From Nemertoderma westbladi (lineage: Eukaryota; Animalia; Xenacoelomorpha), in assembly GCA_032718475.1 (NCBI GenBank), contig JAUCBJ010006002.1, forward strand, positions 49-64,048: DNA of 64,000 nt, given 5' to 3'. Under the pieces are notes generated by a model. The model was given only the letters and a program-made list of their open reading frames with translations. It did no database searches and was not told the DNA's origin. Positions within the stretch are counted from its first letter, which is position 1, and each line of letters begins with the position of its first letter. Shown here piece by piece: positions 1-13,169 of the stretch. The translations under genes and the position numbers were made by a program.

Positions 1-1054
1 TGACTGCTGAAACATTGCAAACTCATAACAATCAGTGTTCAGTAGTTATTTTATACTGCTATTTACCGTCAGTTCTTCATAATATGGTTGATGAATTATT
101 ATATTTGGAATAACGATAAACAACCCCGAAACCCAATGTTCTTGATATACCGAAGGTAAGAGAGAAGGGTTACAGATAAACGATTGTGACTTATGTTAAA
201 GTGGTTTGAAGTGAATCTAATGTTATTTGATAGACCCTACATGAGTCAGCCTGTGTTCCTTTTATATGTGACTAAAATCAGTGAAGATTGGCAGATTAGT
301 GTGCAGTATTGTGCAGCATTGTGTATGAGTGAGTCTGTTAAAGAAGCAATTCCTAAAGAATGCGCCATATATGTGAATTATAATTAAGCCATATCGTTGT
401 GAGTAGTTTAAGTCATAACTCTGTTTATATAGGTAAAGCGCCACGTCCTAAAGGAACTGTTAATATTCCCGAAGGTAAATAATATTGTCAGAGATTATAT
501 ATTACTGTCAGTCGAATAATACATTAGGCTTACATAGCAATAAAATTAAACCGTCGAACCCAATCTCCCGGGAATATCCAGCGGGTGAATGGTCGCGCAC
601 GGATTGGTTTCGACTAGTGTAGTGAATCAAATACTTGTCATAGACTAAAAAGCGATTTATTATCTAGAAGACATTCTAATTTGGCGGGTTAAACTGCCAA
701 AGGTCTGAAAGCGCGAACAGTATGTGTAGTTGAATCGCGTTGCGTGATGCCGCTATGTGGCGGTGTGCTGCGTGTTAATAGTTTTACGTTCCTTTGATCA
801 AAGCCATCTGATGTTTCTGAGGTTTAGGTCAAAGTCTGAAACTTCCACAGAAGTACAGAAGAATCCTCAGTGTTCCGAGTGTTCTGGGCTTAGAACGATA
901 CACACTGACTGAATTGCGTGAGTTTCTGTATGCACTGTCCAACACAAAGTGAAAATCGCTCTGATTGGTCGAGCGAGCCGAACAAAGAACAAAGAAAAGC
1001 TCCACGTCGACATATCAGCTGATAGATGTCGTCATCTGAACTACACTGTATTAA

Positions 1055-2028
1055 CCCTATTAAACCCGGGGGGGGGGGGTCAATATGACCCCCCCCCCCC
1101 CCGTGGTTTTTTTATTATAATTCTGAAACTAACGCAGTTGGGAATCTGAAATTTTCTGACTTTTCCTAAAAATCCATTGTCTTTTTAGTAGTGAAAACCG
1201 TTTTCAAAAATACTAGGGTACTTTTCGAGTTATAGCACCATTTTTTAACCCTACTTTTGGCACTTTTTTGAGACGTTTTTTGAAAATTACATTTCATTAA
1301 ATATGGTGGGTGCCAAATTTTGGTGCCAGCACCAAATTTTGAAATAAGTCAATTTTGTAAATTGATTGTTTGAAACTTGTTTTTTACGCAATTGGTGTTT
1401 TTTGGGGTTCTGGATTCGATGAAATATATACGAGTTGCACCAAGCGTATCAAACTTGTATTTTTCGGTGCTGTGTGCAAATTTTGGTGCTAGCACGAAAT
1501 TTGCACACAGCACCGAAAAATACAAGTTTGATACATTAGTGCAACTCGTATATATTTCATCGAATCCAGAACCCCAAAAAACCCCAATTGCGTAAAAGAC
1601 AAGTTTCAAACAATCAATTTTCAAAATTGACATATTTCAAAATTTGGTGCTGGCACCAAAATTTGGCACCCACCGAAAAAACAAGTTTGAAATTTCCAAA
1701 TCAATTTATATGAATTCCATCCAATTTCTAACATCAAAAAACCGGTGTAAATCAAAAACAGAGATGTTACAATTCATATTTAATGAAATGTAATTTTCAA
1801 AAAACGTCTCAAAAAAAGTGCCAAAAGTAGGGTTAAAAAATGGTGCTATAACTCGAAAAGTACCCAATATTTTTGAAAACGGTTTTCCCTACTAGGAAGG
1901 CAATAGATTTTTAGGAAAAGTCATAAAATTTCAAATTCCCAACTGCGTTTGTTTCAGAATTATAATAAAAAAACCACGGGAAGGGTCATATTGAACCCCC
2001 CCCCCCCCCCCCCCCGGGTTTAATAGGG
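1055..2028. mobile_element. piggyBac-type non-autonomous element, fold-back (palindromic) derivative
   Basis: TTAA at 1051-1054 and 2029-2032; ends CCCTATTAAACCCGGG / CCCGGGTTTAATAGGG; the body is an inverted repeat centred near GTGCTAGCAC (~1486-1495); same family as 50761, 58510 and 60222. Confidence 0.85.
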
Positions 2029-2039
2029 TTAAGCGGGTG

Positions 2040-2330
2040 TCTTCGTCTTTCTTTCTTGTATGTTAAATATATCGCTCCGTTTGGCCTGGGTGTTGTTTGC
2101 AATATACTGCATACAGTATAGTACGTTGTGGGATTTGCAGGTGAAATTTGAGTGAATTGTTTCTCTCCATTGCCTTTGGTTTGGATTGATTACAGACACG
2201 CAACATTTACACGTTTTAACACCACAGTGGTAGTTCCCGTGGTCTATTGGTTTTTCGAGTTTTTTAATTTACATTTGACCGAGATTGGGTTCGTCTCTGG
2301 ATACAATTTTAAATTTAATTTCCTTCTAGT
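2040..2330 (-). mobile_element. Degraded Penelope-like element fragment (GIY-YIG endonuclease region)
   Basis: Minus-strand translation gives FTCKSHNVLYC and, in a shifted frame, GQTER, matching the Penelope C-x-S-x-N-(V)-x-Y...G-Q-T motif; frameshifted. Confidence 0.5.
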
Positions 2331-2370
2331 TTAGTTTCTTTTTATAAGTTTTAAATGTTTTGGTATAGGT

Positions 2371-2631
2371 GGGACAGATATGGGGAGGGGGGGGGGGGGG
2401 GGGAACTGGACGCAATAAAAATTCAACCCTCTCCAGGGGAAATTTGACGCAAATAACAGCTGGTTACTCTCAAAAATAAAACTGTAAACTGTTCTATTGT
2501 GTTTAGTTTATTGTTTTGGTTAAAATAACGTGCCACTGTAACCTGCTCATTTCCCTAAATTGAGAATTTAACATGGAGGTGGGTTATTAATTCGCCAAGT
2601 TGGGATTTGGGTCCAGTTTCCCCTCTGTCTC
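2371..2631. mobile_element. Short MITE, copy 1
   Basis: Inverted ends GGAACTGGAC / GTCCAGTTTCC; ~170-bp core closely matches 49977-50220. Confidence 0.65.
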
Positions 2632-3640
2632 GGGTTGGAAGGGTGGGGGTGGAAGGGTGGCAAGGAATACTGTTTTGGATTGTTATTTTGTCTGGTTTGT
2701 ATTTCAGTGAATCCGATATATTATTATGGCTTAATTATTTAACATTATTCTTTAACTATATTTGATTTTACTGTTGTAATTATTATTATTTATTATGTAC
2801 TATATATCAAGGTAAACCCTAGGTACGTATATGGGGTGGGTACGTAGGTTCCATAAGATTTCTCGTTTAATGGTAAATCGCACATAATATACAAAATAAG
2901 AGGATAAGTTAAAAGATCCTTGCACGGAAACGGACATGACATATTTATATAACATTTATACTGTAGGCAATTAATTCCGTTTATTAAAACAATTACACTT
3001 GAGTTTAATGTTGTTTATGTGTTTATGTTATAGTGTTTTATGTGTAGAATTTTCCTCCCCGAGTGGGAATGCGGCTTCGGCGATGGCCTCATCAGAACCA
3101 TCTCCAGATTCGAGTCGCGTGGTTGAGAAATGGGCGTGGTGGCGTCGCCATGGAGAAAGCAGCCTTTCTGTTTTTATAAAAACTTATTGCATGTAATACC
3201 ATTTCAAATTGGTATGCTAAATACCGTAGATTACAATAGTATCAAATATGTTGTTTTCTATAAATTATCCACTTATGAATTAGAATGAAATGATATAAAA
3301 TGAAATAATATATCTATTCATTTTGTTTGTCACATGCCTATTGGTAATGGCAGTATGGGAACTGATTTGATACTCTGGTGTTTATAACTCTTGTATATTT
3401 ATTTAAACCTCCCCCGCTGCGCTCGCTCAGTACATAAATAGGCTACACATTGCTGAAAAGTACTACTTTCACACAATGATGTAAATAATTATAATTTTAT
3501 AATAGTAGAAAGCGGCTCCTAATTACTACAATATAAATTATATTTGTAATGTATTATTCACAGGTTAATATTTTTATAAAGTCGTTTACAAGAGGTAATG
3601 GAATACGCAAAGGTATCCAATCAATAAAAAAACGTCGGAT

Positions 3641-3836
3641 ATGGCTTCAGAAAATGACTCGTTGCCATGGTACAACACACCTAATGTAAAGAAGGTAATA
3701 ACTGAAGATATAAAACAAACGATGAATCTATACGTCGCTCCTGGGGGGATCGTTTTAAACACTCTTATTGTTACAACATTTCTGTACAACAAACAGCTGC
3801 GGAAAAGGGCAACTACCCGAATTATGCAAATTTTAG
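3641..3836 (+). CDS. Class A GPCR (peptide/FMRFamide-receptor-like), exon 1: N-terminus, TM1, ICL1
   Basis: ATG at 3641; N-glycosylation sequon NDS; TM1 PGGIVLNTLIV; donor G|GTTAGT after 3836 (phase 1); joined to exon 2 it gives QILAGSD, the TM2 LAxxD motif. Confidence 0.85.
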
Positions 3837-4229
3837 GTTAGTTTGTTTATGATTAATAATACCAGTAATGGAAAAATATATATTAAATGTGGATTTATGT
3901 GTTCTAGATTTCCCGAAATGTTACAAAAATTGCACCTAGCCAGTCTGATAATATAAACGGTATGTTTGAAGACAAAAAACTGCTATCCAATAAAATCATA
4001 AGACATTCCATATCCTCAGCAATACTAGTCTCCATAATTATTATCAATTTCCATTTCCATTATGTTTCCGACAATTTGACACAGATTGTCAAGTTATATA
4101 GTATTGTTCGAATGAATAAGTTTAAGCTACTGAAACGGGTAACCTAGAACATTTATTTCTAGTTTTTTACATAATATAGTAATAATTCGTCGAAACCTTT
4201 CGTTTCACACCTTTCATATGTTCCTATTA

Positions 4230-5270
4230 GAGGTTAGAATCTGGCATGTACTGAAGATGCCAAGCCAAGATAGAGAATTTATAATATTAAACTATGGATA
4301 CTCCTGAGAGATAGAAATCCCATCACACAAGTGTAAACATTCTAGAACAACACTTTGACATCCTACTTGGCACAAACGTTGATTCAAACAGTTCCGAATG
4401 TAAACCAAACAGCGTTAATCATTCTACTTATCCGAACATCAAATGTTCGGATATCACTCGGGATGCTACCCCTTTTCCTGGGAAGGGAAGTTGGAGTACC
4501 ATATATACGCCCCTATTGAGAGTAAATTAAACAACCCTGACAACTACGGGGGTATTGCAATGCCATCCTTCCTACTTAAACTCATGTCTACAATCAACAA
4601 TATAGTAAGATTCTACCTAATAGTGCACCTAATATTGAAACTACCACATGAACTTGAACTATACGTTTTTTTCCTAACCAGTTCCAAAATACAGAGAGGA
4701 TATAATATTTATGCAGTTATAGTCGACTTTAAAAAGACTTTCAACTTGGTTGGATACACAAAAATGATAATTAAACTGTACAAGTGTTGGCTCAAGGCCT
4801 TGTTAAAGACTTTTAAGATAATTTATTCAGAGTTTTAACAACCCCTGCTTCTGACAACTGTTTCTCTCCTACTTGTTTTATCCTATTCAGTGCTTAATCA
4901 TATTATACTTAATCAATATACATAACATTGCCATTGCAATCCGCTTCACATTCTATGCCGACCTCAGACGATCTGGTATTATACTCTTCTTACCGAACAG
5001 ACATACGTTTAACACTGGATATCTTATAACGGTAGTGATATGAAAATAAAATGGAAGTATATTTAAAATAAGGTAATTAAATTCATGAGAGGTGGCTGCC
5101 GCACTGAAGCTAATCACTTTACTTAGAAAATCAACCTATTTCGAATACAAAGAAACTCCCACAGATATTACCAGTTCAACAATGTTACTCTACAAGCGAC
5201 TCTCTTATTTACTGAACACATCAAAACCAAGAAAAATACAATATTTGGTTGGGGCAAACTGCAAGACATG
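4230..5270 (+). mobile_element. Degraded non-LTR retrotransposon RT, related to the element at 34216-38150
   Basis: NPDNYGGIAM...LLKLMST and IYAVIVDFKKTFNLV parallel NPDNYRGIAL and VYVAFIDFRKAFDLV of the younger copy; many stops. Confidence 0.7.
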
Positions 5271-5279
5271 GTAGCTCCG

Positions 5280-5540
5280 GCAATGGAAGATAACATTGAT
5301 ATTATCTGAATCACAGAACATCGGGTTTGCCAAGAAGACTGCCTTCAAGTATAATGTCATTGGAAATGCATGTAACCAGCTCAACACAAAGAAATTCACC
5401 CAATGCATCAATTTGTGGAGTGGGAATTCTACTTAAGTGCATTTGCACTTCAATCCCTAAACATTAAACAATATCGCATCTATAAATTTCAAGGGTCAGA
5501 TTTGCAACACATGATGAGAATCCCAAGATATACCTGGCAA
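5280..5540 (+). mobile_element. Degraded RTE-like APE endonuclease fragment
   Basis: Remnant motifs TEHR and NASICGVGILLS typical of the RTE APE N-terminus. Confidence 0.45.
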
Positions 5541-5764
5541 ACTGTAAATGAGTTATATCAATGAAAAAGTTGTACCCAGGGGTGCCCAAGGCAAATAGTC
5601 CTGAAAAATATTTGAGAAATGGAAAGATCACTTCTGGTACTACTAGGATCGGCATGCTGCATTGCAGCTGCATTTTTAAGAATGATATGCCGGCTTGTCG
5701 ACAAAATTGCGTCGCTACAACTCCCTATCACCCATGACATTTGAAAGATCATCCGCATCTTCAA

Positions 5765-7473
5765 TAGGGTAGATCGAAAAAAAAAATTTTGGAAATGTAA
5801 CTTTTCCTTATGTTAGAAATGTGTGAAATTGCCTAAAACCACAAAAAACATCACTATCCCAATTTTTGACAATGCATGACCCCCGCACAATTATTAGTTC
5901 AAACAAACAAAAATTTTTACAACACTATGTAAAATTAATTCATTTAGAAAGAATTTTTTTTTTAATATGACTTTTCCCAGTGCTAGAAGTGTCTGAAATG
6001 GCCCAAAACCACAAAAAAACATCACTATCCCAATTTATGACAATAGATGACCCCCGTACAATTAGTTCAAACAAACAACATTTTTTACAACACTATGTAA
6101 AATTAATTCATTTAGAAAGAAATTTTTTTTTTAATATGACTTTTCCCAGTGCTAGAAGTGTCTGAAATGGCCTAAAACCACAAAAAAAACACAACTTTTC
6201 AAATTTTTGACAATGCAAGACCCCTGCACGCAAAAATAGTGCAAACAAACATCATTTTTGCTAAACTACAGTACAAAACTATGTAATTATTAACTGTTAG
6301 ACTGTGGGTAGCAGTTCCTTATTTACCAACCCAAATCCACCATGGCGGGAAATACTCTATACAGTAAATTACAACTTTTTAACCTCCAAAGACTAGGCCA
6401 ACCAGAATGTTGAACTGCAAACGGAGCTGTACCTGGTAACACTTTAGAGCCGGCAACAGTACACATTACATCTACGCTTATCCATATCCACTCTGCCTGC
6501 AGTTCAACAGTTGGCCTAATCTTTGGAAGTTAAAAAGTTGTAATTTATACAGCATTTCCGGCCATGGTGGATTTGGGTTGGTAAATGAGGATCTGCTACC
6601 CACAGTCTAACAGGGGGGTAAACGTTACGCCTACACTTACACACACGCCCCCAGACGCCTACAAAAACTTACACACGCGTACACCTATATGTACCGGCCT
6701 GCTGGTAAGCCATCTGACTGTTGATTCTCAAACTGCTGATTCTAAATTAAACTAAACTGCCTACAAGTAGGTGTAGGTGTAAGTGGAGTTTACCCCCTGA
6801 CTAACAGTTAATCATTACATAGTTTTGTAGTTTTGCAAAAATGATGTTTGTTTGCACTTTGGAAAGTGGAGTTTTTTTTGCTTTTTCCTTTTTGTTTTTT
6901 ATGCCATTTCAGACTCGTCTAGAATGGGAAAATTCATATTAAAAACAAATTCTGTCTAAATTATTTCATTTTACATAGTTTTGTAAAACATTGCACTAAT
7001 TGTGCGCGTGCAGGGGTCACGCAGTGTAAAAATTTTTAATAGTTGTGTTTTTTTGTGTGTTTAGGTTTTTATTTCAGACACTTCTAGCACTGGGAAAAGT
7101 CATATTTAAAAAAAAAATTTCTTTCTAAATGAATTAATTTTACATAATTTTGTAAAAAAATGTTGTTTGTTGAACTAATTGTGCGGGGGTCATGTATTGT
7201 CAAAAATTGGGATAGTGATGTTTTTTTGTGGTTATGGGCCATTTCAGACACTTCTGACACTGGGAAAAGTCATATTAAAAAAAAATTTCTTTCTAAATGA
7301 ATTAATTTTACATAGTTTTGTAAAAAATGTTGTTTGTTTGATCTAATTGTGCGAGGGTCATGCATTGTCAAAAATTGGGATAGTTATGTTTTTTTGTGGT
7401 TTTAGGCAATTTCACACATTTCTAACATAGGGAAAAGTTACATTTCCAAATTTTTTTTTTTCGATCTACCCTA
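5765..7473. mobile_element. hAT-type non-autonomous fold-back element (1709 bp)
   Basis: TIR TAGGGTAGATCGAAAA / TTTTCGATCTACCCTA; exact 8-bp TSD ATCTTCAA at 5757-5764 and 7474-7481; long inverted arms with ~170-bp subrepeats. Confidence 0.85.
6611..6799. mobile_element. 189-bp MITE nested in the right arm of the hAT-type element
   Basis: Ends CAGGGGGGTAAAC / GTTTACCCCCTG; absent from the mirror left arm; CTAA duplicated at the site. Confidence 0.7.
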
Positions 7474-10400
7474 ATCTTCAAGTCCAGTGTCCTTGAAGAT
7501 GCGTCTCAAGAAAGTCATCCATGCTGTCTACCATGCTTATTCTCTGCCAAAGTACCAGATTATGCACTGGCTGGTCCTCATGGCGAAAGCAATGTCCTGC
7601 AAAGCGGAGGCGATTTTGTTTTAGTGTCAAGCTTGGAGGAAGCAATGAGACACCTCCAATGTTATATAGTTCTGGTTGGAGATGTGTGCATTGTACTTGA
7701 CACAATGAACCCGGCGTAGCATTCTTGTGAATGTGCCATCCAGAGTTTTGGTGTCCTCAGCAGTTAGAGCCCAGCATGGACTCCCATAGTGGAGTACTGG
7801 AACTACTGCTGCTCTAAATAATCGGACCTTAAGTTTCCGATTAATTCTCGTTGAATTCCAAATCCTGGAAAGCATATTCAAGGCTGCCCTTGCCTTTCCC
7901 TTACGTATTCGAAGGTCCTCACCTGACTTCCGGATCCATGATCCCAGGTAAAAGAAGTCGTCCACATGCTCAAGCATCCTTTGAGCTATCCTTTGAGCTT
8001 ATGCTCATCCGATCAGAGACTTGCTGATGACTTTCAAAATTAACTTTCAAAACTTTCTGGTGTTAATAAAAAGTCCAACACTAGGAGCCGTTGGGCTCCC
8101 TTTAGTGATTCTGAGAGTACTCCTAAGTCATCAGCAATTCTAGATCAGTTAGGTACTTGGCAGGATTTCCTTGACTTCTGGAGCCAGTAGGTGGAGTTAT
8201 CATCACCCCATCATCATTATGATGATCTAAGGACATGCATAGAACATAGTCAACCACAATTATGAACAAGAATGGTGCAAGTGAATCTCCCTCGAGGACG
8301 CCCCATAACACTTCAAATGGTTCTGTGTCACCGTCAACAGTAGACATAAATGTTGTCGAACCATCATATACTGATCTGATTGCTGCAATAATTTCATCAG
8401 GAATCCCATATAATGAAAGTATGCTGAACATACGTGAGCGAGAGACTGGATCAAAGGCCTTAAAAAAGTCAACAAAGATAACAGCCAGATGCCTGTCTTT
8501 CTTTTTTAATAACTCTTAAATTATCCTTGTAGGTGCCAAAATGGGCTCCATGGTCCCACGACCTTTACGGAACCCATTCTGATTTCCACGGAGCAGTCTC
8601 TCAATGGGATCCCTGATGCGATTTAATAGAATTCTATTGTATAGCTTTACAGCAATCGAGATCAATGAGATTCTCCGAAAAGAACCATAGAGTGTTAGGT
8701 TGCCCTTATTGGGAACTGGCACCAACTTATTTGTTTTCATTTCATGTGGGACTCTTGATGTTCGGTACATATCTATTATGATGGGATAGATGAGCTTTAA
8801 ACACTCAGGTATTTTAAACACCTCAGGAGGAACACCATCTACTCTACTGGCACGATTGTTCTTAATGCTCTTTGCAGCAGCCTTCACTTCTGCAAAGGAG
8901 ATATCGCCAATGGGAATATCTGGGAGTACAGACTCAGATGCTTTTACTTCTATAAAGTTTTCAGGCAATACCCTGTCATTATTGAGGAGCATTTCAAAGT
9001 GGGCCTTCCAACCATTGAGGCGATCGGCTGGTGATTCAGCCATAATCTTGGTGGTTGGTTGGATTTCGCCCAGTAAGCAAGTTGATCGATTTCCATGCCT
9101 GGGATGATTGCCTGCTGTCGTCAGCATCATTGATGGCAGCAACCTTTTGGTTTATAAGCTCCTGCAGATTAACAGAGTATTGCCTGTTCAGGGACCTAGA
9201 TGCAGCCTTAACTGCATTCTTGGCCGCTGTAGTATGTTTGAGTCGGAACTCTTTCTTTGCCTAATTGAGGTCATTTAGGCATTTCCGAATTTTGTGGTCA
9301 GCCCAGGGGGCCTTTTTCCTGTTTCGAGGGTATACAGGAACTGTTGTTTCTGCAGCTGCTAACTTAACTGTTTCTGTAAAGGCCATATAGCTCTCGCAGT
9401 GATCTGCCCCCTCAAAGGCAAGAGCCTCAACCTGGTGCTCAGCTGTAGTGTGAAGCTGAATCTCACACTGGGCTGCGGCAACAGAGATGACCAGTCATGC
9501 CGTGGAAGGCAGATTTCGTTGTTCTGCTAGTGCGCAGTCTAAGTCTTACCTTGACCACAATAAGGCGGTGATCACTGGAGAAGGGTCGAAGTGTAAATGC
9601 ATTACAGTCTTGTATAGAGCTCCTGTATTTCCTACAAAACAGAATATGGTCTATCTGGGACTTGTGACCACTGGGTCCACTGAGTCCATAGTTTTCCAGT
9701 TCGATTCTTGAACTGGGTTCCAGCCGAAAACAATCCATTTCCAGATATAAAATCCTGAAGATGGACGGAATTTCGGTTAACACTTTTGCTATAGATCCAG
9801 GGCGATGTAGGTGATTGATGCAGACTATCATTAAAGTCTCCCAGGAATGTTAAGAATAGATGCTGATCCACTCCATCAGTAGCTGCTTGTAGATTCTGGT
9901 AGAAATTTTCCACCTCCTCACAGGGGCAACACTAGTCACACGATCACTTCTGGTGCAACTTGCTGGGGCAGCAAAAAACATTGAGGACAGCTTTCAGATT
10001 CTTTAGATTCCCAGCAGAGTTATAGAAAACGTGAGCGCGTGCGCGTAACACACCATCATTACTGGATATTAACAACCCGATGCTGTGGAAAAGACATTTA
10101 TTTGAACTATGAGTCAACCAAAGCCTCTACCCAAGAAAAGGGCTTTCGGTATACCAACAAACTATCATGTTATCAGCTTTCTTGTGCTGTGGTTGCTCCC
10201 AAAATAAACAATATGTTGATTATTCTATATAGAATTACACATCATATAGAGGAAAAACTTTATGTAAGAGCCAAAATGTATGTATTTCTTCCGAATGTAT
10301 TAACAATTGCACATATACTAGACTGCGGAGATAGTTTGAATTAATTAATTAATTCAAAGTTATTTTTCTGCAGCAGTTCAGACCTTTCTGGATTTCAAGA

Positions 10401-10486
10401 AATCATTTGACTCAATCCATAGAGGTAAGATGCTGGAAATCCTAACAGATTAATGAATTTCAGGAATAATTGTAGCAGGCATTGGA

Positions 10487-11651
10487 TTGTGGGGCGAGCC
10501 ACAAAAGTAAGCGAGCTTAGCATACAGGTACCACTAACTCAATGGTGTGTCTTTGTTCTCTTATTCTCTTATTCTCTTATTCTCTTATTCTCTTATTCTC
10601 TTATTCTCTTATTCTCTTATTCTCTTATTCTCTTATTCTCTTATTCTCAAATTCTCTTATTCTCTTATTCTCTTATTTTTCTTATTCTCTTATTATCTTT
10701 CATTTTCTCATTCAAATTTTAAACGTTAATAACTCAGCCAATTTTTAATGAAATCTATCCAAACTTGGTATACATGTTGTTTGGCAAAAGTTTAGAAATT
10801 TTCCAGTTGAATTTGCGTGTGTGGCCTTTGAGAAAGTAAGATAAATTCAGTTAATTATTAATGATTAATTAATTAATGTTGGTTAGGGTAAAAACAGCAT
10901 TTTCAACAAGACTTTTAATGGAAATATAAATAAATTTAAAGTATAAGATATAAATAATTATACTTAAAAATTATACAGCTGTAAACCCCATACCCCATTC
11001 CATTATAATTTTTAATTAGTTCAAGTTATTTGCTTTAAGAAATGTGTTTTTAATTGATCTAAACGTAATTCAATTATCAAAATGCATCCCATCACTCTAT
11101 ACTTCCACCTCCATCATTCATTGTCATGCTATTGCCTAGCCTAGCTGCTGGCGCTGGGAACCAGTCCAACCACCTCAGCACTACTCGGCAATGGGTAACT
11201 ACATCTATAGGACATAGGCACTGGTGTAGGGTGCCTGAATAATAAGACAGCTTGCTTATTATTAATCTCGCAAAATGATTGGGTGAGTATTTAAACGTGA
11301 TTCTTAATAGAATAATTAGCTAAATAATTTCGTTGAGATGTTGACCTATAAATTAATATTTCAGTTTCAATACTATCGGCATAAGGTAAGTTTTAATATT
11401 TCTTACAATTTGGGTCACCTCTAGGCCTAGAATTTAAAACACAAATTTTCTGTTAATACCTGCCTTTCATCAATCCTCTGTGCGCCTTTGGGTTGGGGTG
11501 GTGCAGATTAAAGGCGGAACTTTCTCCACTTCTTTGATTTATTGGCGGTTTGGTTAAATTTCGTAAATACCGATTATGTGATAGAATTGCTCAATTTTAA
11601 TTTGTATCTGATAACTGAGCGTCGTGCTGCGTGAAGGCCCCACGAACGTGT
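10487..11651 (+). mobile_element. Helentron-associated-like (HINE/DINE-1-like) non-autonomous element, copy 1
   Basis: 5' TTGTGGGGCGAG and 3' CGTGCTGCGTGAAGGCCCCACGAACGTGT shared with 56422-57045; microsatellite near the 5' end; no TSD. Confidence 0.55.
10556..10695. repeat. (TTATTCTC)n microsatellite
   Basis: About 17 near-perfect 8-bp units. Confidence 0.95.
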
Positions 11652-13169
11652 TATTTTGTGACACAGAAGTCTCGTCAGATGTTGAAACCAAGTTTTTATG
11701 TATATACTAAAAAATCTGAATATTCTGGTATACTGTAAGGTGACTTATAAGTAAGGTTGAATTATAATTCATAATTATTATGGATTACGCATATCACGAT
11801 AGACACAATTGGTGAAGATCTTGGGTTCAAACACACAGATATCCCGCTCATAGACTTTATATATAATGTAATAGAATGGTATGATAATGCACTCCATAGC
11901 GAAAAATATCAACAAACTCTATTGGGGTTCGAACCCTAGGTTCCAAGCTTCCAGTTATCACCAGCTGGGTGTATGTCTATGGCCACTTTGATCTGACTTT
12001 GCTAGTTTACGGATGTCAAAGCCCTGTTTCTAATACACTAGCAGATGCACAACTTATATTGAATAATGTGGAAAAGGTCAACAAGAAGGTTGGATCCAAA
12101 ACAGAATAAATGACTTTTAATATTAATAATAATGGAAGCGTGGCCACCATCGTTAACTAGAACGCCATCAAGATGGCTTTAAACGAACCTGTCTTACACA
12201 GACTCCAAGAAACAGATGGGATTGGAAGATGCAAACCAAGAATGACTTGCATCAACCAAAAAACTGCCTCCCATCTAATGTAAAACACAGTCGCCTAGGC
12301 AAACAAATCATAATCACAATTACTACGATGATGTGTGAAATGGTATCCATATCCGCAACCTGAGAAACGGCCCAAAAGAGCAGTTTATTCTGCGGAGGGG
12401 TCTTTTCTGTATTAGATAAATAAAATAAAGAACACTATAATTACAGTATTTATACCTGATACATTCTCAGTTAGCCTAATAAAAACATCGGAGCAACCAA
12501 TATAATGTACATGTACAAGCATCCTATGAAAGTTTGTGAAATGTTCCCTTAAGTCTACCCAACAGCCGTTGGTACCCGGCTGGCAGCCACCCTGGTTCAG
12601 TTTTATGGTTTTGTTAGTTTAATCGACAGCTGTTGTAAACGTCCCAGATATACAAAACCTACTAAGCCTTTGCATTACAATTGAGCTTAGCCTAAGTTGA
12701 TGACAGTATTATAACGATGACAATTAGGCCCTATAGATACATACGATATATAAATGATGTACTGCTTGACATTACACTAACTGGCTGAATAGAGATAGAA
12801 CTATAATAATACGTTTGGCATTCTGTCAGATTTACCTCATAATAATTGCTAAATATCAATCACCTGAAAAACATTTCAAGCAAGGGAGTTGTGTGTATTT
12901 AATTTCGCGTTCAATAATGTTGAAAATATGCAAATATTTCGAATATCGCACTTCGAATCGTTCCCAACTTTTTTATTCAACAACTAGACAACAATTGATA
13001 AATACTTGCGTTTACAATTTTACAATGCATGCAAGTGGTTTCAAGCCATTTGGTGAACATACATAGTGAGTGATATATATAGGTAAATATATCCATCGTG
13101 TTTTTGCCGGCCTCAGCTTTAGACAAAAACTACCCAGTCTAAAGACAGGTTCGTTATAATCAAATAATT

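Larger units (their letters stand above)
5670..9920 (-). mobile_element. 5'-truncated RTE-like LINE (partial APE + RT), interrupted by a hAT-type insertion
   Basis: ORF fragments LGDFN, SQIDHIL, SDHR (APE); KLYNRILLNRI..QNGFRKGRGT, GVLEGDSLAPFLF, FFYLGSWI, RLRFAGHCFR (RT); the C-terminus DTGLE|DADDLSNVMGDRE resumes on the other side of the 5765-7473 insertion. Confidence 0.9.

Noticed and set aside
1-950. Possible LTR or other element at the window start
   Set aside because: No second copy, terminal motif or coding signature visible in this window
10453-10748. Hydrophobic LLFSYSLI ORFs
   Set aside because: Translation of the (TTATTCTC)n microsatellite
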